DNA of 28,313 nucleotides from Peribolospora baueri (taxonomy: Eukaryota), in the NCBI GenBank assembly GCA_029717555.1, contig JAMDHS010000082.1, positions 62,001-90,313 on the forward strand, in the 5' to 3' direction. How positions within the stretch are numbered: position 1 is the first letter of the stretch; each line of letters begins with the position of its first letter. Position numbers and translations under genes: made by a program. The notes beneath the pieces were generated by a model. That model searched no databases, had not been told where the DNA came from, and saw only the letters and a program-made list of their open reading frames with translations. Shown piece by piece: positions 25,592-28,313 of the stretch.

Positions 25592-27741
25592 ATGGGCGCC
25601 CAGCTCTGCGAGAACGACGTTGCCATTGGCCCCACTTCGGCGTGTAGGTTCGACTTTACGATCCGGTTCGAGAACAGCATTCTTCAAATCCTCCCCGACG
25701 CCCTCTTCCTCCTCACCGCCTCGCTATCCATCGTCCGCCTCTTCATCGTGCGCCACTCCCGAGCTAACCCTGGCAACCAAAGGGCGACGAAACGCGTCTT
25801 AGACTGGCTTAGCGCTCTTCCTTGGCGCCCTGCTCGCCGCCTCCCAGGCCGCCCTTCTGGCGACTTGGACAGACGGCTCGGTTCGAGGGACGATCGGCAA
25901 GGTCGCCGGCGCGGCGGCAGGTTTGAGCTTGAGTGCTTCGGTGAGCGTGAGCCGCTCTCACGACACGTTCATCGAATGCGCTCGCTATCGACGTGCGCAT
26001 AGCCACTCCGACCAACCCTTCCTTTCTGTCGCCCTCTCCCTCAGCTCTTCCTTTTGCCCTTCTCTTACCTCTGCCTAAGTCCGCACCCTCGCCCTCCTCG
26101 GTTTCTTCCCTCACGACACTGCCGTCGATCACCCGCGCAAGGCCTATGTGTCCGTGGCCGCCACCGGTCTCGTCGTACGCGTCCTGCTCGCCGCCGTCGA
26201 GATGGGCCAAAACAGGCCTTTGTTTAAAGAAGGCGACAAGGTGCTTCCACGACCCACATGTTCTCTCTATCCGAACCAAAAGTCTGAAATGCCGTGTCCC
26301 TCTCTCCCCTTCCTCGCCCAGCCGCTCACGCCAGAAGGCTCCTCCTCCGTGTGGGCCCGTGCTACATCTGGCTCATCCCTTTCATGATTCTCGGCAGGAA
26401 AAAGATTATCACCATGGCCGACCTCTATCCGTTGGAACGTGGGAGGGAATCTGGCCCCATCAAAGTTGCGCTTCAGCAGGGGATTGACAAGGTAAAAAGG
26501 AAGGAGCAAGAAAAGTACTGGCTGCTGAAATGTAGCCTCGCCGTCTTCGGGTGGACCTTTTTCATGTGCGTCGCTTTTTTTTTCTGTTCTACTAGTCCCC
26601 ATTCTCGTTGACGAGGCGTGACCCTCGTTCGGACGCGTTTCGTTTCGTACGTCGGCAGGCCCATCCTTCCACGCATGGTCATGGTGCTCTGCAACTTTGT
26701 ACAACCCTCCTTGTACACGATGCCACGGTGAGGATTCCCCTCTGGCTTTAATTCTCTCCGCGAAGCGCTGCCCGCACACGACGCACCTGATCCATTCGGC
26801 CATCTTGATTGTGTCTGTCTGTACCCGCAACAGGAGTGGATAACGTCGTATGAGGGCGATCAACCGAACAACGTCTCCGTCGGCTGGGGCCTGCTCGGCG
26901 CGTATACCTTGATCTACTCGCTCCTGACTCTGTCCACAGGTACGACGCCGACGCCGCTGTCAGTTCGTTTGCGCAGTCCAAACGCGAGCCGGTCGGCGCC
27001 GTTAATGCATTTCGCGCTTCCCTGTGACCAAACAGCTTCGTTCGTATTGGGAAGCAGCATGGGGAATGTCCATCAAGTATCGCGCCGCCACCGTCGGCGT
27101 CCTATACAATAAGGCCCTTCGTTTTTCGGTGGCTTCTGCACGAGAGCAAGGTGCCGGCGCAGCCAACTCGTTGATGAGCGTGGACGTGCAGAGGATCATG
27201 GAGTCTCTCCACCTTGTTCACGAGTTGATCGCCGCCGTCATCAGCGTTGGCTTGTCCAGCTACTTGGTACGCCCCGCCTCCTCTTCCGACACTCTTAGTT
27301 TCTTTTTTTTTGCGCACGCTAAGCCTCCTCCATTCACTTTCAGCTGTACACACAAACCTCTTGGGCTTTCTTTGCACCCATCGTCGTCATCCTCATCGGT
27401 CTCGCCATCTGCACCGTGGGCGGTCAGAAAATGCCGAAATACCGCACGGAGTGGTTCGAAGGGACGAGCAAACGGTCCAACCTGGTGGTGAGCCGACGAA
27501 TGTCTTCGATGCGGTCGAGGGACCCGAATCGACCGTGTCTTCGATGCGCTCGCTCGACGGACCCCAATCGACCGCTTATCACGCGTCCTCCGAGCCCCAG
27601 TCATCGGTGTTCAATAACATCGTTCCCGTCAAGCTTTCCTCGTACGAAGGATTTGCAGCAAGACGGATCGGCGCCCTTCGGGCCGTCGAGTTTGCCGCAT
27701 ACAAAAAGTTCCTATACGTCATTTGCTGGACGTCCCATCCC
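25592..27741 (+). pseudogene. ABCC/MRP-type ABC transporter pseudogene fragment (TMD0, L0 and part of TMD1)
   Basis: CENDVAIGPTSACRFDFTIRFENSILQILP, VRTLAL, TPEGSSSVWAR/CYIWLIPF..GRKKIITMADLYPL, PRMV..NFVQP, GWGLLGAY, LYNKALR, LMSVDVQRI, NNIVPVKL, LRAVE match fungal ABCC TMD0/L0/TMD1. Continuity needs frame changes at about 25802, 26075, 26360, 26708 and 27041; sequence stops before NBD1 at retroelement-associated DNA. Confidence 0.85.
27501..27574 (+). repeat. Intronic tandem duplication (35 + 39 bp) in the ABC pseudogene
   Basis: tgtcttcgatgcggtcgagggacccgaatcgaccg followed by tgtcttcgatgcgctcgctcgacggaccccaatcgaccg. Confidence 0.8.
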
Positions 27742-28313
27742 TGTTGTACTGCCCCGGAACTCGGGCGTGCTAATCGACGGCGAAGGATAGAAAAAATCCT
27801 GGCTGCAGGCAGTACGCGGGGAGAAACCGGCGAAGGCGGTGAACGCACGTGCAAATCGATCGAGATCAAGGTAACAAGGTATCGGGGCCAGGGAGCAAGG
27901 ACAAAGAGTCAAGGGCAAGGAGCTAGGACTGGGGACAAGGACTCGGGAGGAGATGAGCGGGGCTAGGGTGAGCTTCAGGACGCGACGGCGCCGGGGTCCG
28001 TCCGGGGCGCAGGGTGGTCATGGTCGTAATCTTGGATGAATTCAGGAGAATTGGCGAGGTTCTTGAGAGGTTCCCAAGTGGCTTCCCAAAACGGGTAGCC
28101 ACGCCACTTGACGAGTATTCGCGGCGGTTGCCTGAGCCGCGACGGTCTAGAAGAGCTTCAAGTTTATATTCCGGTTCTCCATCATCAAGGAGAACAGGAT
28201 CGGGAGGCTGGGTCCTGTCGGGGGGGCCTAGGTAAGGCTTGAGCAAGGAAGTGAGAAAGACCGTGTGTAGACGAGACAAGGAAACTGGGAGGTCGAGCTC
28301 GAAGGCGATGGAG
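27742..28313 (-). mobile_element. Degenerate Ty3/Gypsy chromovirus retrotransposon, integrase C-terminus plus chromodomain and probable 3' untranslated region (continues beyond the window)
   Basis: Minus strand reads AFELDLPVSLSRLHTVFLTSLLKPY...PPDPVLLDDGEPEYKLEALLDRR...REY, then after a 1-nt frameshift near 28114 (L)VKWRGYPFWEATWEPLKNLANSPEFIQDY, stop at 27977-27975. Left boundary is approximate. Confidence 0.88.

Overview
Intron-rich, GC-rich eukaryotic DNA that reads as a fungal (most likely basidiomycete) chromosome segment; the supplied ORF track is mostly exon fragments and shadow ORFs. Manual splicing (GT..AG, reading frame, family motifs) gives 10 apparently intact genes: AP-1 beta adaptin (3' part, +), SCP2-type peroxisomal thiolase ending in PTS1 -ARL (-), secreted GH37 trehalase (+), an SDR (-), PRMT3/Rmt3 (-), Ubc1 with UBA domain (+), Trm112 (-), BolA2/Fra2 (+), Aur1 IPC synthase (-) and a second SDR with a mitochondrial-type presequence (-). 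They are followed by a decayed ABCC/MRP transporter pseudogene (about 5 frame disruptions) that is cut off by the 3' end of a degenerate chromovirus (Ty3/Gypsy) integrase-chromodomain. I did not find a convincing previously undescribed biological system. The most notable observations are the pseudogene/retroelement junction, frequent AAG splice acceptors and micro-exons, a ligand-less PRMT3 zinc-finger region, and a possible unannotated spliced transcript at about 12.0-12.7 kb. All family assignments rest on motif recognition by eye, not database searches.
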